From contig CBDATS010000004.1 in assembly GCA_965200245.1 (NCBI GenBank), positions 64,001-128,000 of the forward strand: DNA of 64,000 bases, in the 5' to 3' direction. The DNA is from a bacterium. Its GTDB lineage: Bacteria; UBA8248. This document shows positions 1 through 9,062 of the stretch, piece by piece; within the stretch, counting starts at the first letter, position 1, and every line of letters starts with the position of its first letter. A program made the position numbers and the translations under genes. The notes under the pieces were generated by a model that was not told the origin of the DNA, searched no databases, and was given only the letters and a program-made list of their open reading frames with translations.

Positions 1-94
1 TAATGACGATCAAAATGAAAAAGCGACGTTTGGCGATCTGACAGGCGATGGGCTGAACGTCCAGATCCTGGATGCTGTTCAGGATAAGATATAA

Positions 95-181
95 TGGTGC
101 CCGGGGCCGGACTCGAACCGGCACGGCCTCCCGGCCAAGGGATTTTAAGTCCCTGGTGTCTACCTATTCCACCACCCGGGC
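95..181 (-). tRNA. tRNA-Leu (anticodon TAA), long variable arm, encoded CCA
   Basis: Reverse complement reads GCCCGGGTGGTGGAATAGGTAGACAC-CAGGGACTTAAAATCCCT-...-GGTTCGAGTCC-GGCCCCGGGCACCA: acceptor stem, D-loop GG, anticodon loop CTTAAAA, TTCGA T-loop, 87 nt. Confidence 0.97.
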
Positions 182-299
182 AGGTGCGGGGAAGAATATC
201 CCACTAAACGGCGTTCGCGCCACATTCACATTTCCAGTGAGTGGCGAAACCAAGATTGAGAACGGGAGCAAGGACAAGCGTGTCTTATCCAGGGAAACG

Positions 300-345
300 A
301 AAGGGCCGCGGGCGCGAGAGAAAACCCCGCGCGACACGGCCCTTT
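300..345 (-). terminator. GC-rich hairpin downstream of the LVIVD gene, probable intrinsic terminator
   Basis: AAAGGGCCG...CGGCCCTTT inverted repeat 20 nt past the stop at 366. Confidence 0.55.
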
Positions 346-365
346 ACGGAAAAACCGGTTCAATC

Positions 366-1640
366 CTAGCCTGTGAACTCCATGATGTGGAGGCCCAGCC
401 CCCAGCGGTCAGCCATGTAGATGAGGCCGGTATCCTTGTCCACCTGCACGTCGTTGCTTTGCGGGCAGCAGCGCTCCTTCGTGCCTGCGGGGATGTAGTA
501 GCCCACCTCCCTGGGTCGGAAGGGGTTCGACCAGTCCACCACGCGAAGGCCTGCGTTGAACCAGCATATGTACATCAGGTCGTCCTTCGTCATGTCGAGC
601 CAGATGTTGTGCGCGCCGTGGCGCGAACCTGTCTTGCTCCATTTCTCATCGAGGGGACGCATCTCGATCGGATCGATCTCATAGGGCATGAACGTGCTCA
701 CCGGCAGGGGTTCGTTGATGTTCCTCAGGTCGTAGAAAGTCACGAACGCAGGGGGATGATCACAGTTCACCGTTGTGGTCTCCTGCGTCACGATGCCGAA
801 CTCGGAACCCTCCGGCACCAGGAAACTGTGGTAACAACCCGCCCAGCCGTGCGTCTCGTGCGGGTTGTGGCGCCACATGAGTTCGGGCTTGGTCGGATCG
901 GTCAAATCGAAGAGCGCGATGCCTGCGTCCCAGTAGCCCGCCGTCACGTAGTTGCCCCAGGGATTGCCCTCATGAATCCACGCTCCGTTTCCCACGATCT
1001 CGGGATCCCAGGAAGGCTCCTCACCATCTTTCTGACCGGGGACGTGGCCCAAGCCGATGAACTCGGGCGCCCAGGGGTCCTTCATGTCGTGGACGAGGAG
1101 CACCTTCCCCTCATAGCCGTCCTTGAAACCCGAACTGTAGAGAAGTTGGCGCTTTCTGTCATAAATCGGCCGGTGAATGCCGAAACCGTCCACCTCCACG
1201 TAGTTCACGAACTTGGGGTTGAACGGGTCGCGGTTGTCGAAGATACGCAAGCCGCCGACGGCGTCGGGGTACTGCTCCCGCAGGGAGGGCCTGAGTTCCG
1301 AGTTCGTGAGCAACACCTCGTCGTTGATGCGCAGCACCTTGTGCGTGCGCGCCGCCGGGCTGTCGATGAGCTGGTTGATGATCTTCGGGTTGGCCGGGTC
1401 CTTGACGTCCAGAATCGTCATGCCGTCATGGCCGTTCACGCCAGAGGCTGCGACGTAGCAGATGCCGCCTCCGACCTGAATCTGGAAGGCGTCGCCCCAG
1501 CCGTTCAAGTCCGAATGGGCAACGAGGCGAACGTTGTGCGCCTCCTCTTTCCAGGGTTCTGTGAGCACGTGGTCCACACCGATATAGGCGTCGTTGCCGC
1601 CTCCGCGAATGGGGTTTGGATGATACCAGGGTCTGGGCAT
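366..1640 (-). CDS. LVIVD-repeat beta-propeller protein
   Basis: Repeated motifs GMTILDVKDPANP, GLRIFDNRDPFNP, GIALFDLTDPTKP, GLRVVDWSNPFRP; His-rich turns; no signal peptide. Confidence 0.85.
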   Translation of the reverse strand: MPRPWYHPNPIRGGGNDAYIGVDHVLTEPWKEEAHNVRLVAHSDLNGWGDAFQIQVGGGICYVAASGVNGHDGMTILDVKDPANPKIINQLIDSPAARTHKVLRINDEVLLTNSELRPSLREQYPDAVGGLRIFDNRDPFNPKFVNYVEVDGFGIHRPIYDRKRQLLYSSGFKDGYEGKVLLVHDMKDPWAPEFIGLGHVPGQKDGEEPSWDPEIVGNGAWIHEGNPWGNYVTAGYWDAGIALFDLTDPTKPELMWRHNPHETHGWAGCYHSFLVPEGSEFGIVTQETTTVNCDHPPAFVTFYDLRNINEPLPVSTFMPYEIDPIEMRPLDEKWSKTGSRHGAHNIWLDMTKDDLMYICWFNAGLRVVDWSNPFRPREVGYYIPAGTKERCCPQSNDVQVDKDTGLIYMADRWGLGLHIMEFTG

Positions 1641-1738
1641 GTTTCCTCCATCTGGAATGAATGTTGTCGAGAATCGCCGCGCATTCTAGGGGAAAAAAGC
1701 GAGTCTGGAAAAGCGCCCAAAGGAGTTTTTTCCGAAAA

Positions 1739-2860
1739 TCATCCTTCGCGGAACAGACGGATGAAATCCTCGAACCGGGCGGGTGGAGACTTGGCGACTT
1801 CGAGGTTTTCGGCGACATGGGCCGTCTGCCGCATCCCCACCAGGGCGACGGCCACCCCGGGTGTGCTGCGTGTGAACTGGATCGCGCGCTGCCCGTCTGT
1901 CGAAAATCCCGGAAACACATCTCCAACCACGGGAGGGAGTCCCTAGGCGGCGCGTCCCTGGAGAATGGAACCGCTCGTCATGGTGGTGATCCCGCTTTTC
2001 GCTGCCGCGGCGAGAAAACACGTCCTCTCCGCACCCAGCGTCTGGTTGGGCTTGGAGAAAGCCTCGGGCATTCCCAGGTTGAGCGGTAACTGAACCACCC
2101 GGAAATGATGATTCTCACCGCCTGCCTGCCGCGCCACGCCCAGCACCTCTTCCAGCGAGAGATACTCCCCCTCTTCCGGTGATACGCGGTAGCCGTTCCA
2201 GGTGGCCGTGTCGTAATTCCTGATTTTCCCCTCCGCCACGGCTTCCTCGAGCGTTTCGAAGGCGTCTCTCAGACGGGCCAGGAAGACTTCGCGCGAGACT
2301 TCCTGTAGCTGTGTCTCCGGGTTGTGGACGTAGTAGATGTCGATGGTATCCAGCCCCAGGTTAACGAGGCTCGCTTCGAGTTCGTGCCTGATGTAGGCGG
2401 GCGTCATGCAGTGGCAGTTCGCGACGATATCCTGAGGAACGCAAACGCCCGGTTCGAAATAGGTTCTTCTTGTATAGTCCATGAAATCGGCCGGTCCGCT
2501 CGGGGGATGGGTATCGAAAGGGATGAACCCGCCTTTGGTGGATATCACCAGCGCCTCCCGGCCGACTTCGCCGCTCGCGAATAAATCATCAAGTGCCGCG
2601 CGGATGCTTCTCTCACTGCGCTGGTAACGGTAGTTCACCGCCGTGTCGATGACGTTGCACCCGCCGCGAACGGCGGCGGTTACCGAGTCCCGATAGGCCG
2701 TGTCGGTCGCCTCGTCCGCTTCTCCGAGGTAGGTGCCGATGCCGATCGAGGAGAGCCAAAGACCGTTCAACTGCCTGAAATGCTCGGGGTGACAGGCCGT
2801 GGAATGGGCCTTTGCGAAGTTTTGCGTACCCTCTGTCGTGGCGAAACCTGCGTGGGCCAT
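1739..2860 (-). pseudogene. Aldo/keto reductase interrupted by one in-frame TAG at 1943-1945
   Basis: AKR motifs SSIGIGT, IDTAVNY, STKGG, IDIYYVHNP, VQLPLN. ORF 1739..1930 (AIQFTRSTPGVAVALVGM...HVAENL, AKR C-terminus) lies in the same frame after CAG GGA CGC GCC GCC TAG GGA CTC. Confidence 0.8.
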
Positions 2861-2972
2861 CAATTCATATCCTGAGCGGAGTGGGAAGATGGGACATCCT
2901 ACACACATTTGCACCCGAATGCGATTCGGCGGTCCGGAACGCCAGGGCGCGGGCACTCAAGATTTGCCCCTC

Positions 2973-3001
2973 TTGACGCGCCCAGACCGATCCATCATAG
3001 T
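2973..3001 (+). promoter_or_regulatory. sigma70-like promoter of the coxSLM-like operon
   Basis: TTGACG-17 nt-CATAGT upstream of 3073. Confidence 0.5.
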
Positions 3002-3072
3002 GCCATCACTCGATAATTTCATGGAGGAACGCGCTATTCTTCGGTGATGGAGATATTCCCCGTTGAGGGGAT

Positions 3073-3576
3073 ATGTTTCGTACTTTTTTCTTTCGTGGGG
3101 GCCCGAAGACCTTGGAAATAAATATCAGTATCAACGGCGAGAGCCGGGCGTTCGACGTGGAACCCAGAACCCTCCTTGTTCACCTGCTGCGTGACGACGC
3201 AGGCCTGACAGGCACGCACGTCGCGTGTGAAACCTCGATATGCGGCGCATGTACCGTTCTCGTTGACGGCCAGGCAGTGAAAAGCTGCACGGTCCTTGCC
3301 GCGCAGGCGCAAGGCTGCGAGGTCACGACCATCGAGGGACTGGCCAATGGAGATCAGCTCCACCCGCTTCAGGAACAGTTCTGGGAAAAACACGGCCTGC
3401 AGTGCGGTTTTTGCACGCCGGGCATGATCCTGACAGCGAACCAACTCATTGCATCCAACTCCGATCCGACGGACGAGGAAATCAGGCACGGCATAGAAGG
3501 TAACATTTGCCGCTGCACGGGTTATCAACACATCGTCGACGCCATTTCCGCGGCGGCGGCTCAGATGAGGGAATAA
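3073..3576 (+). CDS. coxS: (2Fe-2S)-binding small subunit, CoxS/xanthine dehydrogenase family
   Basis: [11 protein letters not shown] and QCGFCTPG...NICRCTGY cluster motifs; start may be the TTG at 3112. Confidence 0.9.
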   Translation: MFRTFFFRGGPKTLEINISINGESRAFDVEPRTLLVHLLRDDAGLTGTHVACETSICGACTVLVDGQAVKSCTVLAAQAQGCEVTTIEGLANGDQLHPLQEQFWEKHGLQCGFCTPGMILTANQLIASNSDPTDEEIRHGIEGNICRCTGYQHIVDAISAAAAQMRE

Positions 3577-3579
3577 GAG

Positions 3580-5907
3580 ATGGCCCAAGCACCCAAATTC
3601 ATAGGCGCACCCATCAAAAGACGAGACGACCCGCGGCTCATTCAGGGCCTCGCCCACTACGTGGACGATTTCAACCTATCCGGTACCCTGCACATGGCGT
3701 TGGTGAGAAGCCCGTACGGCAAAGCCAACATACGTTCGGTCGATACATCCGGAGCGGCCGGGGCAGAAGGCGTCGTCGCCATCTACACACACGAAGAGAC
3801 CAAGGGCATCGGCCCCGTTCCCGTGGGCGGCCTCGTACCCGATGCCAAGGTGCCTGAACAGCCGATTCTGGCCGACAAGCAGGTTCTCTTCGCAGGCGAA
3901 CCCGTTGTCGCAGTGATCGCCGAGACGCGCTACGGGGCCCGCGACGCGGCGGAACTGGTCGATATCGACTACGAGCCGCTCGACGCCGTGGTGGACCTGG
4001 AAGCCGCTCTTGAACCCGGCGCCCCCCAGGTACACGACGACTATGAGAGCAACCAGGCCTTCACGTGGGGCATCGCGGGCGGCGACGTAGAAGCCGGCAT
4101 GAAAGAGGCGGACGTCATCGTCAAGGAGAAGATGACCAACGCACGCGTCGCTCCGCTGGCCCTGGAACCAAGGGGCGTTCTGGCGCACTACCTCCCCGGC
4201 GAAGACAAGATGACTTTATGGACCTCCACCCAGGTTCCGCACAAGGTGCGCACACTGGTGGCGGGCCAGATCGGCATGCCGGAGAACCGCATGCGCGTCA
4301 TCGCTCCCGAAGTTGGCGGTGGCTTCGGCAGCAAGCTCAACATCTACCGCGAAGAGGCCCTGGCCGCTTTCGTCTCGCGCGAACTCGGCGTACCGATCAA
4401 ATGGGTGGAGAGCCGTTCGGAAAACTTCATGACCACCATCCACGGGCGCGGCCAAGTGGGCGAGATCGAGATGGGCCTCAAGAACGACGGCACCATTACC
4501 GCGTTCCGCTACAACGTGCTCGCCGACTGCGGAGCCTACTACCAGTTGCTCACCGTCGCTATCTTCACCCTGACAGGCCTCATGCTTCCCGGCCCCTACA
4601 AGATTGCGAACATCGAGATGAACGCTACCGGCGTGTTCACCAACAAGGTGGCGACCGACGCCTACCGGGGCGCAGGTCGTCCCGAGGCAACCTATATCCT
4701 GGAACGCATGATGGACATCGCGGCGATTGAACTCGGTATGGATCCCGTGGAGATCAGGCGCAAGAACTTCCCGGACAAATCCGAGTTCCCCTTCGACACT
4801 TCCGCGGGCCTCAGCTACGACAGCGGGGACTACCACGCCGCGCTCGACCGCGCACTCGAAGCGGCGGACTACCCCGCCATGCGCGCCCAGCAGGAAGAGG
4901 CCAGGAAAGATGGCAGGTATCTGGGAATCGGCTTTTCCACCTACGTCGAGATTTGCGGCATGGGTCCCTCCGCAGCACTGGGCGGCCAGGGCTGGGAGAG
5001 CGCGCGCGTACGTGTGGAACCCACGGGCAAAGCCACCGTGTTCTCGGGCGCATCGCCCCATGGACAGGGCCAGCAGACTTCTTTCGCACAAATCGTTGCG
5101 GACGGCCTCGGCATCGACCCGAACGACGTGACCGTCATCCATGGGGACACCGACGTGGTGCCCTATGGCGTGGGCACCTTCGGCAGCCGTGGCACCGTAG
5201 TGGGTGGCTCAGCGGTCGTCTACGCGCGTGACAAGGTGCGCGCCAAGATGGCCAAGTTCGCGGCCCTGGAGTTCGAGGCGGATGCGAACGACATCGAGTT
5301 CGAGGACGGCAAGGTCTTCGTGAAGAGCGCACCTGAGAAATCGGCAGGCTTCTCAGACATCGCGATGCTCGCCTACAGTGCCATTGCGCTTCCTGAAGAC
5401 ACGGAACCGGGCCTCGAGGAGACGCATTTCTTCGAACCGGGCAACTTCACATTCCCCTTCGGGACGCACATCGTTCTGGTCGAGGTCGACCCGGAGACAG
5501 GCGAGGTGGAGATTCTCCGCTACGTGGCGGTCGACGACGTGGGCAACATGATCAATCCACTGCTCGTTCACGGGCAGATCCACGGTGGCATAGCCCAGGG
5601 GGCGGGACAGGCCCTGGAGGAGGAGATGCTCTACGGCGAGGGCGGACAACCGCTCAACGCGTCGTTCATGCACTATGCGCTCCCCAAGGCGAACCGCCTG
5701 CCCCGCTTCGAGCTTTTGCATACCACCACGCCGACGGACGTGAACCCGCTCGGTGCGAAAGGCGTGGGCGAGGCCGGCACCATCGGCTCCACGCCTGCCG
5801 TCGTGAACGCCGTTATCGACGCGCTTTCGCCTTTTGGCATCACGCATATCGACATGCCGCTGCGCCCCGAGAGGCTGTGGCGCGCCATCGCCGAGAAGAG
5901 GGCTTGA
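3580..5907 (+). CDS. coxL: Molybdopterin-binding large subunit, form II CoxL-like (xanthine oxidase family)
   Basis: VGGGFGSK, active-site loop AYRGAGR (form II; form I is AYXCSFR), GQIHGG, AKGVGEAG. Confidence 0.9.
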   Translation: MAQAPKFIGAPIKRRDDPRLIQGLAHYVDDFNLSGTLHMALVRSPYGKANIRSVDTSGAAGAEGVVAIYTHEETKGIGPVPVGGLVPDAKVPEQPILADKQVLFAGEPVVAVIAETRYGARDAAELVDIDYEPLDAVVDLEAALEPGAPQVHDDYESNQAFTWGIAGGDVEAGMKEADVIVKEKMTNARVAPLALEPRGVLAHYLPGEDKMTLWTSTQVPHKVRTLVAGQIGMPENRMRVIAPEVGGGFGSKLNIYREEALAAFVSRELGVPIKWVESRSENFMTTIHGRGQVGEIEMGLKNDGTITAFRYNVLADCGAYYQLLTVAIFTLTGLMLPGPYKIANIEMNATGVFTNKVATDAYRGAGRPEATYILERMMDIAAIELGMDPVEIRRKNFPDKSEFPFDTSAGLSYDSGDYHAALDRALEAADYPAMRAQQEEARKDGRYLGIGFSTYVEICGMGPSAALGGQGWESARVRVEPTGKATVFSGASPHGQGQQTSFAQIVADGLGIDPNDVTVIHGDTDVVPYGVGTFGSRGTVVGGSAVVYARDKVRAKMAKFAALEFEADANDIEFEDGKVFVKSAPEKSAGFSDIAMLAYSAIALPEDTEPGLEETHFFEPGNFTFPFGTHIVLVEVDPETGEVEILRYVAVDDVGNMINPLLVHGQIHGGIAQGAGQALEEEMLYGEGGQPLNASFMHYALPKANRLPRFELLHTTTPTDVNPLGAKGVGEAGTIGSTPAVVNAVIDALSPFGITHIDMPLRPERLWRAIAEKRA

Positions 5908-5910
5908 GAA

Positions 5911-6783
5911 ATGATTCCAGCTTCTTTCGACTACGTTCGACCACAATCGCTAGAAGACGCTCTTGCGCAACTCAGGGAACATGGAGACGACGCGCGGGTC
6001 CTCGCCGGAGGCCATAGCCTCCTGCCCGTGATGAAGGCGCGGCTCGCTGCTCCGGGCGTCCTCGTCGACATTGCGCACATCGAGGGTCTCTCGGGCATCA
6101 GTGAATCAGAAGGCGGCTTCAGCATCGGCGCGATGACGACACACGCCGAAATCGAGGCGTCCGATCTGGTTCAGGAAAAATGCCGGGCACTCGCCGAGGC
6201 GGCGGGCTCCATTGGTGACTTGCAGGTCAGAAACCGCGGTACGATAGGTGGCTCCCTCGCCCATGCCGACCCCGCCGCTGACTACCCGGCGGCCGTTCTG
6301 GCGGCGGGAGCGGAAATCACCGTTGCCGGCGTGAACGGGGAGCGCGTCATCGGTATTGACGATTTCTTTACCAGAACCTACGAGACATCCCTGGACGACG
6401 GCGAGATAATCACCTCCGTCCGCATACCGGCTCCGGCCGCGCGGGGCGGAAGTGCCTATCTCAAGGCAGCCCAGCAGGCCAGTGGTTTCGCGGTATGCGG
6501 CGTGGCTGCACAACTCGCCCTGGATGAAAACGGGTCGGTCGAGTCCATCCGCGTGGGTGTGACGGGCGTGGCCGCTCCCGCCTATCGGGCCACGAACGTC
6601 GAAGACACCCTCATGGGCAGCGCGCCGAGCGCCGAGTCGATTCGCAAGGCGGCTATGGCGGCCGGTGAAGGTGTCGATGCACTGGATGATTTTTACGCCG
6701 GGGCGGACTTCAGACGTCACCTCGCGGGCGTATACGCCGCACGTGCCATCGGCAAGGCCTGGATTCGCGCTTCCGGCAATTAG
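5911..6783 (+). CDS. coxM: FAD-binding medium subunit, CoxM-like
   Basis: MIPASFDYVRP start, LAGGHSLLP, QVRNRGTIGGSLAHADPAAD. Confidence 0.9.
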   Translation: MIPASFDYVRPQSLEDALAQLREHGDDARVLAGGHSLLPVMKARLAAPGVLVDIAHIEGLSGISESEGGFSIGAMTTHAEIEASDLVQEKCRALAEAAGSIGDLQVRNRGTIGGSLAHADPAADYPAAVLAAGAEITVAGVNGERVIGIDDFFTRTYETSLDDGEIITSVRIPAPAARGGSAYLKAAQQASGFAVCGVAAQLALDENGSVESIRVGVTGVAAPAYRATNVEDTLMGSAPSAESIRKAAMAAGEGVDALDDFYAGADFRRHLAGVYAARAIGKAWIRASGN

Positions 6784-6834
6784 TTTTCTTGCCGCAAGCG
6801 CGTAAGCGTTCACCCATAAAACCTGTACTCCCAT

Positions 6835-6866
6835 ATCGCCCCCACTCGCTGGGGGCGATCTTCTTC
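6835..6866 (+). terminator. Intrinsic terminator after coxM
   Basis: ATCGCCCCCA-CTCGC-TGGGGGCGAT perfect 10-bp stem followed by CTTCTTC. Confidence 0.6.
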
Positions 6867-6883
6867 AGCCCGGTGATTTCGAA

Positions 6884-7708
6884 TTGAACGATGATCCACT
6901 TCTTCCATCCATCCCTTGGCTCGCGCACGAGAACGCGTGTTTCATCAGGCAGCTTCGTGCGATGCCTGACGCTGATTGGACGAAACCTACCTTCTGCCCG
7001 GAGTGGAATGCGGCCCGACTCATCGGCCACATGACGGGTGGTGCCATCTCCTACACCGAGCGCATGCGGGCGGCGCGCCGATGCGAGGTCATCATTTCGC
7101 TCGGTGCGGAAACACCCGAGGAATTTCAAGCGGCGCGCGATGAGATTATGCGACAATCCATCGCCATGTCCCCCAAAAAGCGCATCGACTGGCTCGAACA
7201 CAGCCAGGACGAACTCCAGGTCGAAATCGAGCGCCTGGAACCGGGCGACCTAGACCGCGACCTCTGGCACCGCAAGGGAAACACGAAGGTGCGCACCTTC
7301 CCCGCTCAAAGATTATATGAGGTGGCACTCCACGGCTGGGACCTAACTAACGATCCGGACGCCCCGATCAACACCGAATCGCTGAGCGCGCTGGTCGAGA
7401 TTCTCGAATCAAGGATTCCCCTTTACTTCAACCGCTCGGGCGCAACCGGCCCTGCCGGCACCTTCCGTTTCCAGACGAATCAGCCTGTGGCCACATGGGA
7501 GATGGTGATAGCAGACGGCGAGGCGTCGGCCCTGCAAGGTCTTTCCTCCTCTCCTGATACGGTTTTTTTGGCATTTGCAAGCGACATGGTGCTCCTGTGT
7601 GCGGGCCGGGCGAATCGCGCCGAAAAAATCGCGGGAGACTCCCTCACTATCGAAGGGGACGCGTACAAGGCTGCCACGCTCATGGATGTCCTCTTCCAGC
7701 CCTTTTAG
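6884..7708 (+). CDS. Maleylpyruvate-isomerase (MDMPI_N/DinB-like) family protein with SCP2-like C-terminus
   Basis: DWTKPTFCPEWNAARLIGHM and EVALHGWDL metal-binding motifs. Confidence 0.8.
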   Translation: MNDDPLLPSIPWLAHENACFIRQLRAMPDADWTKPTFCPEWNAARLIGHMTGGAISYTERMRAARRCEVIISLGAETPEEFQAARDEIMRQSIAMSPKKRIDWLEHSQDELQVEIERLEPGDLDRDLWHRKGNTKVRTFPAQRLYEVALHGWDLTNDPDAPINTESLSALVEILESRIPLYFNRSGATGPAGTFRFQTNQPVATWEMVIADGEASALQGLSSSPDTVFLAFASDMVLLCAGRANRAEKIAGDSLTIEGDAYKAATLMDVLFQPF

Positions 7709-7726
7709 ACAGATGCAAGTCTAGGC

Positions 7727-8242
7727 ATGCGCATCGTCATCGACGGATACAACCTCATCCCCGCCATCCCCGAACTCAGGCGCGTGCTCCATCAGGACCT
7801 CGAAGCCGGACGCGAAGGATTGGTCGGGATGCTCGGGAACTATCGCCGAAATTCCAGCGGCAATCCCCGAATCACCGTCGTTTTCGACGGCAAACCCCAT
7901 CACGATCACGGGGGCAGTAAAAACGCGGGCGGCATCGAAGTGCTGTTCTCAAGGCACGAAATCGCGGATGTCCTTATCCTTCGCCTCCTTAAGGACCGCT
8001 ACAAGGGCACCGTTCTCGTCACTTCAGACAGGATGCTCGGCGAGGCGGCTGCTCCCTTCGCCTCGGCCGTTGTGAAAACGGGAGAGTTCCGGGACCGGCT
8101 CTACCAAGCGGCCTTCATGGAGGAAGATGACCAGGAGGATGAACCACCCAGGACACCAAGGCGCGATACGAAAAAGAAGGGCAACCCCAGACGCGCACCC
8201 AGAAAAAAGCGCAGGCGGAACCAGCAACTCAAGAATCTTTGA
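7727..8242 (+). CDS. NYN domain (YacP/Rae1-like) ribonuclease
   Basis: IVIDGYNL, VVFDG, ADxxI, LVTSDR motifs; basic C-terminal tail. Confidence 0.85.
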   Translation: MRIVIDGYNLIPAIPELRRVLHQDLEAGREGLVGMLGNYRRNSSGNPRITVVFDGKPHHDHGGSKNAGGIEVLFSRHEIADVLILRLLKDRYKGTVLVTSDRMLGEAAAPFASAVVKTGEFRDRLYQAAFMEEDDQEDEPPRTPRRDTKKKGNPRRAPRKKRRRNQQLKNL

Positions 8243-8456
8243 GGCAGATTAGCCTCAGACGCACCTCCTCTGTCATCTCAAACAATATCCAACCAGTAGA
8301 AATTATCGGGATTATCTGAGGGATGATGATCTGATGAGCAATCGGGACTTATGGGATGAAATAACAGGGGAGTTATCTACTTGAATCCGCAAGTCTTCAT
8401 ATCTTGATTTTTGCGTTTCCGGGTGTATCGTTTACGTCACAGGCGGAATTGCTGCC

Positions 8457-8506
8457 AGAACCGGTGCATGGGCCGCCTTCCTCCAATCAGGCCATACACC
8501 GGATCT
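8457..8506 (-). terminator. Hairpin downstream of NHLP gene inside the cassette (same at 20611..20660)
   Basis: CCGGTGCATGGGCC...GGCCATACACCGG imperfect inverted repeat about 40 nt past the stop. Confidence 0.45.
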
Positions 8507-8547
8507 GACTGTAACTCAGTGGGGCACTTTCGTACATAATTTCCTTT

Positions 8548-8808
8548 TTAGAAAGCATCATCCCAATCATAGTATGCGCCACTAGCGGCTTCCAACTGTT
8601 CCTCGGTGAGCCGGGACGGGGGCGGAAGGACGAGATAGCTGTTCTCGGCGTCGTCTTCCATCACATGCAGGTTGAAATTCTCCGGCATCGTTACCCCGAA
8701 CTCCTCCGATATCACGGCCTTCGGTTCAGAAATCAGACGGGCGCGGAACTCCTCACTGTCGCCTGCCTTCTCGATCAGGTGCTCGCGCATCTCGGTGACG
8801 GATTTCAT
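8548..8808 (-). CDS. NHLP-leader (nitrile hydratase-like leader / proteusin) RiPP precursor, core YYDWDDAF
   Basis: 86 aa. LIEKA-DSEEFRARLISEPKAVI...VMEDDAENSYLVLPP...LTEEQLEAASGA is the canonical NHLP leader ending in a double-Gly-type site; RBS AAGGAG upstream. Confidence 0.9.
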   Translation of the reverse strand: MKSVTEMREHLIEKAGDSEEFRARLISEPKAVISEEFGVTMPENFNLHVMEDDAENSYLVLPPPSRLTEEQLEAASGAYYDWDDAF

Positions 8809-8882
8809 TCTGGTCTCCTTTCCATGAGGAAATGAGCATGAGTGGATACCCCCGATGCCTTTTTTGCATCGTTGCCATGAAC

Positions 8883-8912
8883 AGGGTATGGGACATTCCG
8901 GTGGGAAAGCAA
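8883..8912 (-). promoter_or_regulatory. sigma70-like promoter of the NHLP precursor, conserved in all three copies
   Basis: TTGCTT-18-TACCCT here; TTGCCT-18-TATCCT at 50559..50588. Confidence 0.5.
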
Positions 8913-9062
8913 GAAATTTTTGACGTTTACTGGTGAGAAACAGGGTTCCGCCCGGAAGCCCGTCCGTGTGTCCCCTGCTCTCCCGGGAAACCGGCGGCCG
9001 AAGGCTTCGTTTTTCCAAATTCAGGTATTCAGACTTGTGGAATGAAGTATGTAATTCCCAAA

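Larger units (their letters stand above)
8368..9059. mobile_element. Non-autonomous TIR-bounded cassette (MITE/MIC-like), copy 1, carrying an NHLP precursor gene
   Basis: Matches 20522..21213 (identical by eye, offset 12154). Ends GGGAGTTATCTACTTGAATCCGCAAGTCT... and reverse-complement GGGAATTACATACTTCATTCCACAAGTCT... match at 32/43 positions. No transposase inside. Confidence 0.8.

Noticed and set aside
1-181. Genomic island integrated at tRNA-Leu
   Set aside because: The tRNA 3' end points out of the window; no integrase or duplicated tRNA 3' end was seen inside it.
72-1946. 624-aa plus-strand ORF
   Set aside because: Antisense shadow of the tRNA, LVIVD gene and AKR tail; no recognisable motifs. 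Typical of high-GC DNA.
8548-8808. Nitrile hydratase alpha subunit
   Set aside because: Lacks the CxxCSC metal-binding motif and there is no beta subunit; this is the NHLP leader family.
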